Of a stretch of DNA of 64,000 nucleotides, positions 8,582-18,518 are shown piece by piece. The position numbers were made by a program, and so were the translations under genes. Every line of letters begins with the position of its first letter. Position 1 is the first letter of the stretch. The stretch covers positions 12,727 to 76,726 of the forward strand of contig JAPLXK010000003.1 of the NCBI GenBank assembly GCA_026396095.1. The letters run 5' to 3'. Under the pieces are notes generated by a model, which was not told the origin of the DNA, did not search any database, and saw nothing but the letters and a program-made list of their open reading frames with translations. This DNA comes from Candidatus Nealsonbacteria bacterium. GTDB taxonomy: Bacteria > Patescibacteriota > Minisyncoccia > Minisyncoccales > RBG-13-42-11.

Positions 8582-9445
8582 ATGTCGTTAAGAGAAAGGG
8601 ATATGCCCTGCTGGTATGAATTGTCCTGGAGAGAAAAAGAAACTGCTATTTTATTAAGGGTTCATAAAGATTTCATTGCAACCATTGAGCGCCTCGTATC
8701 CGGAAAACCGGATCTTCCATTGTTTGATATTATCGCTGGCCTAAGGGGGTCTCTTGGGTTTGAAAAATTTACCCTCAGTTTTAACGAGAACTTCGGCTTT
8801 AATGATGCTTTTCTGCATGTCGGAGAAAAAGACGGATTTGCTGAATTTTTGATAAAAATACCTGAAGTCCAAAAATACACTGACGAAATTTGTCCGGAGT
8901 GCAAAGGTTCCGGCAATGATAAACACTTCAACGGAGAATGCTCATGGTGTCACGGAAAAGGCAAACATCTGGTTTTTGACTGGAAATCCGCTTATGCTAT
9001 TTCGGCAAGTTTTACCGTATTTTCTATGCTGGCAAGATTTCCGGACATAAAAACCTCGTCCAATATGTCTCAACTTCTTACAATAGAAACCAAAACTAAT
9101 AAAGAAATGCACGGCGGATCTTTATGGGGTATATACAGCCCCATGCTGTGCAAGTGGTTGGTTTCTATTGGAGAAACAGAAATCCCTGAAGTAGTTCTGG
9201 CGATGGAAAAGGCATACGGAAAAATGTTCGGAATACACGGTTTTTACGAAGATGAATTCCGAGCCCATAATAATAGCGGCTGGCTCATTATTGACTGTCC
9301 CGGAGACAGAACCGGAATCCATCCGTCCACTGTTTGGAGCGACAAAGGATGCGAATTCAGTTGCCACAACGTGGACAGCCCCGTCCAGCAAATCACTTTG
9401 ATCGCTGGATTAGCGGCACTTCACGACAAAGGAAAAAATTTCTAA
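8582..9445 (+). CDS. hypothetical protein with a DnaJ-type zinc-finger insertion
   Basis: CPECKGSG...CSWCHGKG; AGGAGGT SD; terminator at about 9456-9483. Confidence 0.7.
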   Translation: MSLRERDMPCWYELSWREKETAILLRVHKDFIATIERLVSGKPDLPLFDIIAGLRGSLGFEKFTLSFNENFGFNDAFLHVGEKDGFAEFLIKIPEVQKYTDEICPECKGSGNDKHFNGECSWCHGKGKHLVFDWKSAYAISASFTVFSMLARFPDIKTSSNMSQLLTIETKTNKEMHGGSLWGIYSPMLCKWLVSIGETEIPEVVLAMEKAYGKMFGIHGFYEDEFRAHNNSGWLIIDCPGDRTGIHPSTVWSDKGCEFSCHNVDSPVQQITLIAGLAALHDKGKNF

Positions 9446-9506
9446 TTAATAAAATGCAGACAAAAATTGTCTGCTCTTTTTTTAATTAAAATTTATCCTT
9501 AATTTT

Positions 9507-9584
9507 TTATGAAAAATAGGTAAAAATGAGATAGAGGATTACCGCCCAGATAACGGCAACAATAATAAATTTAATAACTCCCAT
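9507..9584 (-). CDS. putative 25-aa single-TM micropeptide
   Basis: MGVIKFIIVAVIWAVILYLIFTYFS*; starts 5 nt after the stop of the upstream gene. Confidence 0.45.
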   Translation of the reverse strand: MGVIKFIIVAVIWAVILYLIFTYFS

Positions 9585-9589
9585 AAGAT

Positions 9590-10306
9590 TTATAAACCGA
9601 TAAATTCTTTAATTATTGAAATGGGGATAGATATTACCCTTCCCTCTGAGTTAATGGTGTTAATCCCCAAAACTTCGCCTTTTATATTAAACAGAGGGCT
9701 TCCTTTTAAAATGTTTTTTTCTGACATGTTGGTTTCAATGGAGCTTTTGTCAAACTTTCTGACAATTCCTTCGTTTACCAGTTTGGAAGTTTCTTTTTTG
9801 TTAATAACCTCTCCTATTAAAAAAACTCTTTCACCGAGTTTTATGGCGCTAAAATCGGCGAATTCGACCATGGGCAGATTTGATTCTCCGAGCTTAATCA
9901 AAGCTAGATTTTTATTCAAATCTCTTTTTAAAATCTGGAAAGGCGCTGCCTTACCGTTTATAAAAAAGCTAAAAACAGAGCCCTGGGGCACCAGTTCTGC
10001 TAGCGTCACCGTCAAGCCGTCGGAAGTAACAATTAAGCCGGATCCTTCGATGGTTCCGCTGGCAGTTTGACTCCTTACTGCCATAATAGTATTTTCCTCT
10101 TTTTCAATCGCCTCTGTCAGGGCGGTATTTTCCTGAATTACGGTTTCTTTTTTTTCAATAATTGAAACCAGGGCTTTTTCCAGGCTGTACTGAGAAAAAA
10201 GCGGCTTTTCCACGAAATAAGGCCATAATATTTGATCGGCAAATATGCCGCCGATCATTCCGACGGCAAAAAAAGCGATAACTTTTAAAATGTTTCTTAT
10301 TGTCAT
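9590..10306 (-). CDS. membrane-anchored trypsin/HtrA-like domain protein, catalytic triad absent
   Basis: GSGLIVTSDG and GSPLFNIKGEVLGINT fold motifs; His/Asp/Ser positions replaced; no PDZ. Confidence 0.75.
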   Translation of the reverse strand: MTIRNILKVIAFFAVGMIGGIFADQILWPYFVEKPLFSQYSLEKALVSIIEKKETVIQENTALTEAIEKEENTIMAVRSQTASGTIEGSGLIVTSDGLTVTLAELVPQGSVFSFFINGKAAPFQILKRDLNKNLALIKLGESNLPMVEFADFSAIKLGERVFLIGEVINKKETSKLVNEGIVRKFDKSSIETNMSEKNILKGSPLFNIKGEVLGINTINSEGRVISIPISIIKEFIGL

Positions 10307-10308
10307 AA

Positions 10309-13002
10309 TTAGACGGCTATCTTTTCTTTATCTTTTTTGGAATTGGGATTAATAAAAACTTTTGGCATTATGAAAACAATTTTATCTCCCTCCTTGTCAA
10401 CCACAACTTTTCCTTTTTCCAGAATTTTTCCTGTAACAATTTGCAAAGCCAACGGATCTAAGACTAATTTTTGAATCACTCTCTTTAGAGGCCTGGCTCC
10501 CAGATTCGGGTCAAACCCCCTCTCGGCCAGAAGCTCTTTGGCTTTTTCCGTTATGGAAATCTCGATATTCTTATTAGCCAAACGGTTTACCACTTTTTCA
10601 AGTTCCAAATCAACGATTTCTTTTATCTCCGGCTTTTTAAGGTAATTAAAAATAATAGTCTCGTCGATTCTGTTCAAAAATTCCGGTCTGAACGATTCCT
10701 TAAGCGCTTCCATCACCTTATCCTGCAGGTTCTTTTTATCTTCTCCGTCTTTTCCCGCCAAAAATCCGAGCAAATTCATTTTGGCAATATGCTCAGAGCC
10801 GATATTGGAAGTCATGATTAAAATTGCATTCTTAAAAGAAGCGACCCTGCCTTTGGCATCGGTAAGCCTTCCGTCCTCTAATATCTGAAGCAGAATATTG
10901 AAAACATCGGAATGGGCTTTTTCAATTTCATCCAAAAGAATAACGCTGTAGGGCCTTCTCCTTATTTTATCGGTCAGTTGCCCCCCTTCCTCATAGCCGA
11001 CATATCCCGGCGGAGATCCTATCATTTTAGAAACCGTATGCTTTTCCATATATTCCGACATGTCCAAGCGGACCAAAGCGTTTTCATCGTTAAACAAAAA
11101 CCCAGCCAGGGCTTTGGCGGTTTCAGTTTTCCCGACTCCAGTCGGGCCCAAAAATATGAAAGAGCCCAGAGGCCTGTTTTCTTCCGAAATGCCCGCCCTG
11201 GATCTTCTTATGGCGTTGGAAATGGCAGAAACCGCTTCTTTTTGGCCGACAACCCTTTGGGAAATAATTTCTTCCATGTTTTCCAACTTCTGTGCCTCTT
11301 CTTCCAGAAGCCGGTTAACGGGAATGCCTGTCCAGCTCGAAACAACGCGGCCTAAGTCTTCTTCCGAAACTTCCTCTTTCAGAATGGGCCTGTTTCTCTG
11401 GAATCTGGCTAATTTTTTCTCCATTGCTTCCAGGTCCTTTAAAAGGCCCGGGATCTTCCCATATTTTATTTCAGCAACTTTTTGGAGATTGGCCGCGGTT
11501 TGCTCTTTTTCAACTTCAAAGCGGGCTTTTTCCAATTCCTTTTTAAGATTCTTAATTTTATCAATGGTCTCTTTTTCCGACTGCCACTTGGCTTTTATTT
11601 CCTTGGCTTTTTCTTTAAGATCAGCCAAATACTTGCTGTCGGTTTTCTGTTTTTTCTGATTTTTTTTAAGCCCCTGCTTTTCGATTTCCAATTTTTGTAT
11701 TTTTTTCTTTAAGTCTTCAAGTTCCGACGGTTCCGACTCGATATCAAGCCTTAAGGAGCTCATCGCCTCATCCATCAGATCAACCGCTTTATCAGGCAGA
11801 AAACGGTCGGAGATATATCTCGCAGCCAGCTCAGCTGCTGAGCGCAGGGCATTATCTTTAATTTTTACTCCGTGATGAAGCTCGTATTTTTCCTTTATTC
11901 CCCTTAGAATTGCAACCGTATCTTCTATAGTCGGCTCGGCAACATATATCGGCTGGAACCTTCTTTCTAAAGCCGGATCTCTTTCAATGTATTTTTGATA
12001 TTCTTTTAAGGTGGTTGCGCCGATGGCTTTGATTTCCCCCCTTTGAAGAGCGGGCTTTAATAAATTTGAAGCATCAATCGCCCCTTCGGCCGCTCCGGCG
12101 CCGACAAGGGTATGAAGCTCATCAATGAATAAAAGATATCGTCCTCCCGCCCGATTCAATTCCTTTAAAAGCGCCTTGACTCTATCCTCGAATTCCCCTC
12201 TGTATTTTGTTCCGGCCACCAGGGCTCCCAAATCCAAACCGATAACCTCTTTGTCTTTCAGGCTTTCAGGAACCTGTCCGGAAATAATTTTCTGGGCCAA
12301 TCCTTCTACGATAGCGGTTTTTCCCACTCCTGCCTCTCCGATTAAAACCGGATTATTTTTTGTCCTGCGGCTCAGAATCTGCATCAATCTCCTTATTTCT
12401 TTTTCGCGCCCGACAACCGGATCAAGCTTTCCCCGCCTGGCCAGCTGAGTAAGATTTCTGGCGTATTTTTCAATCACCTGGTACTTTGATTCCGGTTCAG
12501 GGTCGGTAATTCTCTGTCCTCCCCTGATTTGAGCCAAAGTTTTTAAGGCTGTTTCGTAATCCAATTTTCCGAATTCCAAAGCGGAAACTCCTCCCCCTTC
12601 TTGGATGAAGCCTGCTTTGCCAAGAATCTCTTTAGCCTTGGTTTCAACTTCCAGCAAGGCTAAAAACAGATGTTCCACTGAGATATATTCATCGCCCATT
12701 TTCACGGCTTCCTGCTTGGCCCGGTCAAGGACCTTTGCCATGTCCTGGGTAAGATAAAACTGGCCGAAAGATTGGGGAGCGGCAATGGCCGGAATTTTAT
12801 CCAAAGAAACGCCGACTTTTCTTTTCAATCCTTCTATGTCCACCCCTATTCTTTGGAGCAAATTCAAAACCACGCTTTCTTCCTGGGAAAGCAGGGCATA
12901 CAAAAGATGCAGGGCGTCAATCTGCTGCTGGCCCCTTTCCTGGGCAGTTGACTGGGCCTGCATTATTGTTTCCTGAGCTTTGTGGGTAAAATTTCCGTTC
13001 AT
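10309..13002 (-). CDS. clpB: ATP-dependent chaperone ClpB
   Basis: Two Walker A motifs ([16 protein letters not shown]), long coiled-coil M domain, GARPL. Confidence 0.93.
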   Translation of the reverse strand: MNGNFTHKAQETIMQAQSTAQERGQQQIDALHLLYALLSQEESVVLNLLQRIGVDIEGLKRKVGVSLDKIPAIAAPQSFGQFYLTQDMAKVLDRAKQEAVKMGDEYISVEHLFLALLEVETKAKEILGKAGFIQEGGGVSALEFGKLDYETALKTLAQIRGGQRITDPEPESKYQVIEKYARNLTQLARRGKLDPVVGREKEIRRLMQILSRRTKNNPVLIGEAGVGKTAIVEGLAQKIISGQVPESLKDKEVIGLDLGALVAGTKYRGEFEDRVKALLKELNRAGGRYLLFIDELHTLVGAGAAEGAIDASNLLKPALQRGEIKAIGATTLKEYQKYIERDPALERRFQPIYVAEPTIEDTVAILRGIKEKYELHHGVKIKDNALRSAAELAARYISDRFLPDKAVDLMDEAMSSLRLDIESEPSELEDLKKKIQKLEIEKQGLKKNQKKQKTDSKYLADLKEKAKEIKAKWQSEKETIDKIKNLKKELEKARFEVEKEQTAANLQKVAEIKYGKIPGLLKDLEAMEKKLARFQRNRPILKEEVSEEDLGRVVSSWTGIPVNRLLEEEAQKLENMEEIISQRVVGQKEAVSAISNAIRRSRAGISEENRPLGSFIFLGPTGVGKTETAKALAGFLFNDENALVRLDMSEYMEKHTVSKMIGSPPGYVGYEEGGQLTDKIRRRPYSVILLDEIEKAHSDVFNILLQILEDGRLTDAKGRVASFKNAILIMTSNIGSEHIAKMNLLGFLAGKDGEDKKNLQDKVMEALKESFRPEFLNRIDETIIFNYLKKPEIKEIVDLELEKVVNRLANKNIEISITEKAKELLAERGFDPNLGARPLKRVIQKLVLDPLALQIVTGKILEKGKVVVDKEGDKIVFIMPKVFINPNSKKDKEKIAV

Positions 13003-13051
13003 ATTTTTAAAATTAAAATTTATTCGCTATTATTTTCTCCGAAAACAATTT

Positions 13052-13765
13052 CTATTGTTTTTTCTTCTTTGAATAGTGGTCAAACTCGTATTTGATTATA
13101 TCAGATTTGACCGGCCCCTTTAAGGCCATGTGGGCGCCGCATAATAAATATTTCATCCCTGTTCTTAAATAGCCGTCTTTTTCAAAGCGCCTTAAGGATA
13201 TGTAAACCTTGGCTGATGATAAGATTCCAAAATTGCCGATTTTATCTCCCATCCTGACAAAATAATGGTCTTCGGCCAGTTTGATTTTTTCGTCAAATCC
13301 TCCTACTTTATCGAATATCTCCTTTTTGACCAAAATAGCCATTGCTCCGTAAGCCAGGAATCTCTGAGACATCACAATCGGCCAGTTGTAAAAAACATTG
13401 AAACAGTTTTTCCAAAAAGTATTTTCTGTTCTGGGCACTAAGGTATATGAAGCAATATCCAGCTGCCTTTTTTTAAATTCATCAATAGAATTTTCCAAAA
13501 AGTTTTCGGTTATCATTATATCGGCGTCTAAAAATAAAAGCAAATCCCCTTTGGCGACTTTTGCCCCCTGGTTTCTCGCTCTGGCCGGCAGTCCGCCTAA
13601 AACAATCCGACAGCCAAATCTTTCGGCGATTTCTTTTGTTTTGTCTTTCGAATTATTGTCGGCAACAATTATCTCATAATCCTTAAACCCCTGCCCCTTA
13701 AGGGCCGCGAGAAGAAAAGGAAGATAATTTTCCTCATTTAAGGTTGGTATGATAATAGACAGCAT
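13052..13765 (-). CDS. glycosyltransferase family 2
   Basis: SIIIPTLNEE, FLDAD, GGFD..AED. Confidence 0.9.
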   Translation of the reverse strand: MLSIIIPTLNEENYLPFLLAALKGQGFKDYEIIVADNNSKDKTKEIAERFGCRIVLGGLPARARNQGAKVAKGDLLLFLDADIMITENFLENSIDEFKKRQLDIASYTLVPRTENTFWKNCFNVFYNWPIVMSQRFLAYGAMAILVKKEIFDKVGGFDEKIKLAEDHYFVRMGDKIGNFGILSSAKVYISLRRFEKDGYLRTGMKYLLCGAHMALKGPVKSDIIKYEFDHYSKKKKQ

Positions 13766-13783
13766 TGTTTTAATTTTAAAACC

Positions 13784-14773
13784 TTAATTTTTAAACAGTT
13801 TTCCCGCTTCATCCCAGATTTCCGGGTTATTTTGTTTTTCTTTCATCCAATACCACCACTCGCCCCCCCAGAGATAAAATTCGTCAAAACCGGTTTTTTT
13901 TGCAAATTCAATGTTTTTTTGAAACTGCGTTAAATTCATGGTCTTTTCTTGCTCTTCCAAGGAAGAGTCGTAAAGAAGCTTCGGTCCCCAGGGCTCTGCC
14001 TGAAGCTCTATGCAAATAACTTTTTTATTGAAGAGAGCTTTGACGATCTCGGCTTTGCGCCAGTAAAAAATAGGCGGGAAACGATAAGTAAGATAATTGT
14101 TAAGCTGGCTCATCCAAACCTTTCTATATATTGTAGTCCCTACAATATCGCCCAATTTAGCAGCTTCAATCCAGAAAGATCCCTCCCCGCTGTCAGATAT
14201 TATTATCGGCCTCTTTTGCTCGTCAAGAGATTTTACCAGATCTATTTCTTTTTTCAAGAAATCCTTATCTATCCACTGGCATTCGCCGAAAGAGAAAAGC
14301 GGCTCGTTCTCCACCTGCCATTGCTTTATCGAAGGAGATCCCTTGTACCTTTCAATAATTTCTTTCAACATTCCCGATATTTCTTTTTGCTGATCTTCCT
14401 TGCTTAAATTTTTCGCCCACTGGGGAACATGGCACTCGGGCCAGCGCGGCACTTTCATCCCGATTATGGGAACAATATTAACCTCTTTTTCTTCGGCTTT
14501 TTTTATCTGCCAATCCAAGTCGGAAAAGTCGTATTCTCCCTGGCGTGGCTCTATCAAATCCCAATGAACGGCCAATTTTATATTCCTCACCCCCAATTCA
14601 TCAATCAGGGCAGAGTATGATTCTTTCCAGTCAATTCCCAGATTTTGCGCATGCTTTTGGGAAAAATTGATTCCCCAAATAATTTTTTCCGGTTTAGGCG
14701 GATTGCCGATAAAAAAGAAAGCTATGACGAATAAAAGAATTATTAAAATCATTTTAAAAATATTTTTAATCAT
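13784..14773 (-). CDS. membrane-anchored clan GH-A (GH5/GH42-like) glycoside hydrolase-like protein
   Basis: WDLIEPRQGEYDFS, WQVENEP, ELQAEPW; start trimmed to ATG 14773. Confidence 0.7.
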   Translation of the reverse strand: MIKNIFKMILIILLFVIAFFFIGNPPKPEKIIWGINFSQKHAQNLGIDWKESYSALIDELGVRNIKLAVHWDLIEPRQGEYDFSDLDWQIKKAEEKEVNIVPIIGMKVPRWPECHVPQWAKNLSKEDQQKEISGMLKEIIERYKGSPSIKQWQVENEPLFSFGECQWIDKDFLKKEIDLVKSLDEQKRPIIISDSGEGSFWIEAAKLGDIVGTTIYRKVWMSQLNNYLTYRFPPIFYWRKAEIVKALFNKKVICIELQAEPWGPKLLYDSSLEEQEKTMNLTQFQKNIEFAKKTGFDEFYLWGGEWWYWMKEKQNNPEIWDEAGKLFKN

Positions 14774-14774
14774 G

Positions 14775-15677
14775 TTATAGAACCAGCAAAGCCATGCCCC
14801 CGACAATAAACAAGACTGCCAAAACCTTGGGTAAAAACGCTTCCCTTGAAACCTCTTCTTTTAAAAGCTGGGGCTTCCAGCCGGACAAAAGAAAGACGAA
14901 AAACAACAAAAAAACGTATCTCGTCCCTTCAAGGGCATTGATTAAAGGCACTTGCCCTGTTTTAGCCAAAAAAACCGCGTAATATTGAAAGAGCAACGCC
15001 AAGCCGCCCAAAGCCTGTCCTAGAATAAAAAAACCCGATATCTTTTTGGACAGTTTCTGATTAAAAATAATTTCTCTGTCTTTCGGAGAGACGAAAAATA
15101 CAAGAGAGACCAGACCATTGCCAAGGAGAATCAAAAACATTCCGTTTAAAAAAGTTGTTTCCAGAAAAAGACTCTTGATCAAGAAAAAGGTTAAAGAGTA
15201 TAAAAAAGAGGCGATGATGGGATATTTTAAAGCTTGAAAACTGAAAAATTCCTTATTAAATTTTTTAACGGAAATTAAAACCGAGCCGAAAACAAGCAAA
15301 ATAAAAGCGATCACCTGAACAACGCTTAATGTCCTGCTTTGGGGCAGAAAGAGAAAGAAAAGAAAAAATGAAAAAATCGGCTGCAAAGCGCCGACCGCAG
15401 GAATAACTCGGGAAATTTCGCTCTTGGTTATACTAATTGCTACAAACAGAGTGCCAAGCATCCTGGTCAGCCCTGCTATCAACCCAAGGAAAATAATGCC
15501 GATAGCTGGAAGAGATATCCCAAAAGGAATTAAAAATAAGCAAAAAAGAAGGCAGGATATTCCGATATAAAAAGTATAAACCTTGGGATTTGATATCGGC
15601 CCGACTAAAAAATAACGGTCAAACAAGGAAACGATTGCCAAGAAAAAATAGGCTAAAATTGCAGCTACAATCCACAT
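14775..15677 (-). CDS. EamA/DMT-family membrane transporter
   Basis: About 10 TM segments in a two-repeat DMT pattern. Confidence 0.75.
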   Translation of the reverse strand: MWIVAAILAYFFLAIVSLFDRYFLVGPISNPKVYTFYIGISCLLFCLFLIPFGISLPAIGIIFLGLIAGLTRMLGTLFVAISITKSEISRVIPAVGALQPIFSFFLFFLFLPQSRTLSVVQVIAFILLVFGSVLISVKKFNKEFFSFQALKYPIIASFLYSLTFFLIKSLFLETTFLNGMFLILLGNGLVSLVFFVSPKDREIIFNQKLSKKISGFFILGQALGGLALLFQYYAVFLAKTGQVPLINALEGTRYVFLLFFVFLLSGWKPQLLKEEVSREAFLPKVLAVLFIVGGMALLVL

Positions 15678-16966
15678 ATTATTTTTTCTATGTTAAAAGT
15701 TCCCAATTTTTTACCTTCAATAAAGCCCTCCATCGCCGCTTCGGCAAAATATCCGCTTTCCAGCCAGTCGAAAAACCACTGGCTAACGTAGTCTGGATTT
15801 TCCTGCATGATGCCGAACCCTGATTTTAAAAGCCATCTTTGGTTAAAATCTTCTTGCGATCCGACAGGAGGAGCGACGATGATAGGTATTCCCAAGGCGG
15901 AATAAAAAGAAAGTTCACTTGGTTTTGTCCAAAGAATATCTGTTTTCCTAAGTTTCTTGTTAAATTCCAGGAAATAATCTTCTATTTTTGGGGCGTAAAC
16001 TATTTCAATGTTTGAGTTTTTTTCCAGCCCCAGCTTATTAATATTTTTTTCGAAATATTCTTTTATCTTTTCCTTGACCCCAGCCACTAAAATTATTTTT
16101 ATTTCACCCTTTTTGATCTTATCTGTCATGTTTTTCAGGATTTTTACCCCTATTTCCTTCTGCGCTCCGGCCCCTCCGACGGAAAACATAACCGTTAAAG
16201 GATGGTCCGGACTTTTCGGCATTTTTCCCAAATATTTTTGAATGAGCGATTGGTACTGGTATGAATATTTTCCGCTACGGTCAAGGTTTAAAAGACGATA
16301 ACTTAAGTCTTGTTTTAAAATATCCATGTTTTCCGTGCCGATATTTTCCAAGGGCAAAGGGTAGCCGGTTAAAAATATGTTTTCCTGTTTTACCCCGTAA
16401 AGCTTCAATCTTTCCATTGCCCTTTCGGTCGGAACGAAATATTTAATTCTGCTCTTTTTCGGATTGATAGGAGCCCAAGGCCGGGCAATATCAGCATCGC
16501 AGATTACGCAAAAAATATCGGCGGGATAATTGAAAAACTCCGCCATAAATGCCTGGGTAAGAAAAGTGCTGACGAACGGCAAGGGATTCTTTTTCAGCTT
16601 TTCGATAAGGTGCTTTCCCCATCCGTTTTTAATCAGGGAAAATATTTCTCTTAATTGAAAATTCGTTCTGGATAAGTCCCTTTTTGGGTAAAAACTAAAA
16701 ATTTTCTGGAACTGATTAAAAATAAAAAAAACAAATTCTCCGACTAAAAAAAACTTTTTTAAGTTGGAGATAAATTCGTAAACCTTTCTCGTCCCTTCCC
16801 ATGCTATCTTGTCTTTATTGGGAATGCCCTGATAGTCATTGGCATTGATAATCTTTCCGTCCGGAGCAAGACTCCTTAAGGGGAAGGCTGTTCTCTGGTG
16901 GCCGTAGCCCATGTTCACCGCCACTACCCAAGCCTTAGCTATTTTTGAATTTTTTGAAACAGTCAT
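15665..16966 (-). CDS. GT-B fold glycosyltransferase-like protein (MGDG synthase/UgtP-like)
   Basis: MGYGH, GGAG, DILWTKPSE, GSQEDFN. Confidence 0.7.
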   Translation of the reverse strand: MTVSKNSKIAKAWVVAVNMGYGHQRTAFPLRSLAPDGKIINANDYQGIPNKDKIAWEGTRKVYEFISNLKKFFLVGEFVFFIFNQFQKIFSFYPKRDLSRTNFQLREIFSLIKNGWGKHLIEKLKKNPLPFVSTFLTQAFMAEFFNYPADIFCVICDADIARPWAPINPKKSRIKYFVPTERAMERLKLYGVKQENIFLTGYPLPLENIGTENMDILKQDLSYRLLNLDRSGKYSYQYQSLIQKYLGKMPKSPDHPLTVMFSVGGAGAQKEIGVKILKNMTDKIKKGEIKIILVAGVKEKIKEYFEKNINKLGLEKNSNIEIVYAPKIEDYFLEFNKKLRKTDILWTKPSELSFYSALGIPIIVAPPVGSQEDFNQRWLLKSGFGIMQENPDYVSQWFFDWLESGYFAEAAMEGFIEGKKLGTFNIEKIICGL

Positions 16967-17012
16967 ATTGTTTCTATTTTATCAAAATTTCAACATTATT
17001 GGGAGAGCCCTA

Positions 17013-18515
17013 TCATCTTAAAAAAACAGGGCTGCTATATTTTTTATTAATCTTCCAGGAAATAAAACCTATTAACAGGTAAAAAATAACCAGCCAGACC
17101 ACGGAGATATTTTCAAAAGACATTGAGGCAAAAGGAATTTTGGAAAAATAATCAATCACAGAAACAATATACGTAAGAAAAAGCCAAGTCGGCCAAAAAA
17201 GAATAAAAGCCAATGGCAAAAATAAAAAAGTCGACAGTCCGAAAATAAAAACTAAGATAGTAACCGGGGCCAAAAAGGGAACAATCAGAATATTGGCAAA
17301 GGGAGCCGCCAGGGAGATATAACCAAAATTATAAATCAAGATAGGCATTGTGAAAACCTGGGCGGAAAGGGTGGCTACCAAAGTACTTTTTAATGGAAAA
17401 AGTTTAAAGTCGGGGATCTTTGAAAGCCAATTTGAAAAAATTGGCTGCAAATAAACTATCCCCAAAATGGCCAAAAAAGAAAGCTGAAACCCGACATCTG
17501 AAAGCAAGAGAAAAGGGCTTTGAAAAAGCATCGGGGCTGCGGCAAAAACAATAGCCCGGCCAGCTGAAGCAATGCGGCCCAGATGCTGGGCTAATAAAAA
17601 TAGAAAAGCCATTATTCCGGCCCTTACTGCCGAAGCTGACGCTCCGACCATGAGAACATAAAGGACAAGCAAAAACACCGTAACATAAAAAGCCTGCTTG
17701 CGCCAAAGCCCCAAAGAAAGCATGGAAGATAAAATTAAAGAGGCGATAATGGTAATATTCATTCCTGAAACTGCCGCAATGTGGCGCGTCCCGCTCAGAT
17801 TAAGCTTTTCTTTAAAATCTTTGGATATGTTGGTTTCATCGCCAAAAACCAAGGCTTCCAAAATTCCCTCCTGGGGCAGAGATATGAACCTGCGGCTTCC
17901 TTCTTCGAATTTATTTTTAAAAGAAAAAAGCGCTTTCATTATGGGATTACCGAATCCTTCTCCTACCAGCTCTGTTTCCGGCCAATTCATTGTTGAAGAA
18001 ATCCCTTCTTTTTTCAGATAGTTTTTGTAATTAAACCCGTCTATATTTCCCGCCGGGATTTCTAGCAACCCTTTTACTTTTATTTTGTCTCCATAATGGT
18101 ATTCGGGATATCGGCTGATATTTATTAAAACCCTGTCAGAGACAATGATGTCTTGATTATTATATGTTAGTCGTTCCGCCTTTAACGTTATCCCGATGCT
18201 TTTTTGTCCGATCTTTGGCTCATCGTCTATTATGCCCAAAAGAATTATTTTTTCTTCTTGGCCGGCGTATTCTTTTAAACCGTTATTTTGAAAATCTAAA
18301 TCGGCTGCCTGAAGGCGCCAGATTCCCAAGACAAAAAACAAAATAGAAAATCCGATGACCACCGGCCTTTCATGTTCCCAGAATATTGAAATTAAAAAAA
18401 TCCCGGCAATTAAAAAGCCCAGCATTGTAAGCTGGGGGATAAAAACGATTGAGCTTAAGAATAATCCTGCAATGAGCGAAAGGCAGAAGAATAAAAATGC
18501 CCTAGATTTGGTCAT
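17013..18515 (-). CDS. comEC: ComEC/Rec2 competence protein (no metallo-beta-lactamase domain)
   Basis: HIAAVSGMN, SAVRAGIM, GFQLSF. Confidence 0.9.
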   Translation of the reverse strand: MTKSRAFLFFCLSLIAGLFLSSIVFIPQLTMLGFLIAGIFLISIFWEHERPVVIGFSILFFVLGIWRLQAADLDFQNNGLKEYAGQEEKIILLGIIDDEPKIGQKSIGITLKAERLTYNNQDIIVSDRVLINISRYPEYHYGDKIKVKGLLEIPAGNIDGFNYKNYLKKEGISSTMNWPETELVGEGFGNPIMKALFSFKNKFEEGSRRFISLPQEGILEALVFGDETNISKDFKEKLNLSGTRHIAAVSGMNITIIASLILSSMLSLGLWRKQAFYVTVFLLVLYVLMVGASASAVRAGIMAFLFLLAQHLGRIASAGRAIVFAAAPMLFQSPFLLLSDVGFQLSFLAILGIVYLQPIFSNWLSKIPDFKLFPLKSTLVATLSAQVFTMPILIYNFGYISLAAPFANILIVPFLAPVTILVFIFGLSTFLFLPLAFILFWPTWLFLTYIVSVIDYFSKIPFASMSFENISVVWLVIFYLLIGFISWKINKKYSSPVFLR

Positions 18516-18518
18516 TCT

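Noticed and set aside
10912-12976. Long antisense ORFs inside clpB (and likewise inside ftsA, hisS, topA, ileS, polX)
   Set aside because: Shadow frames of well-supported genes with no recognisable motifs.
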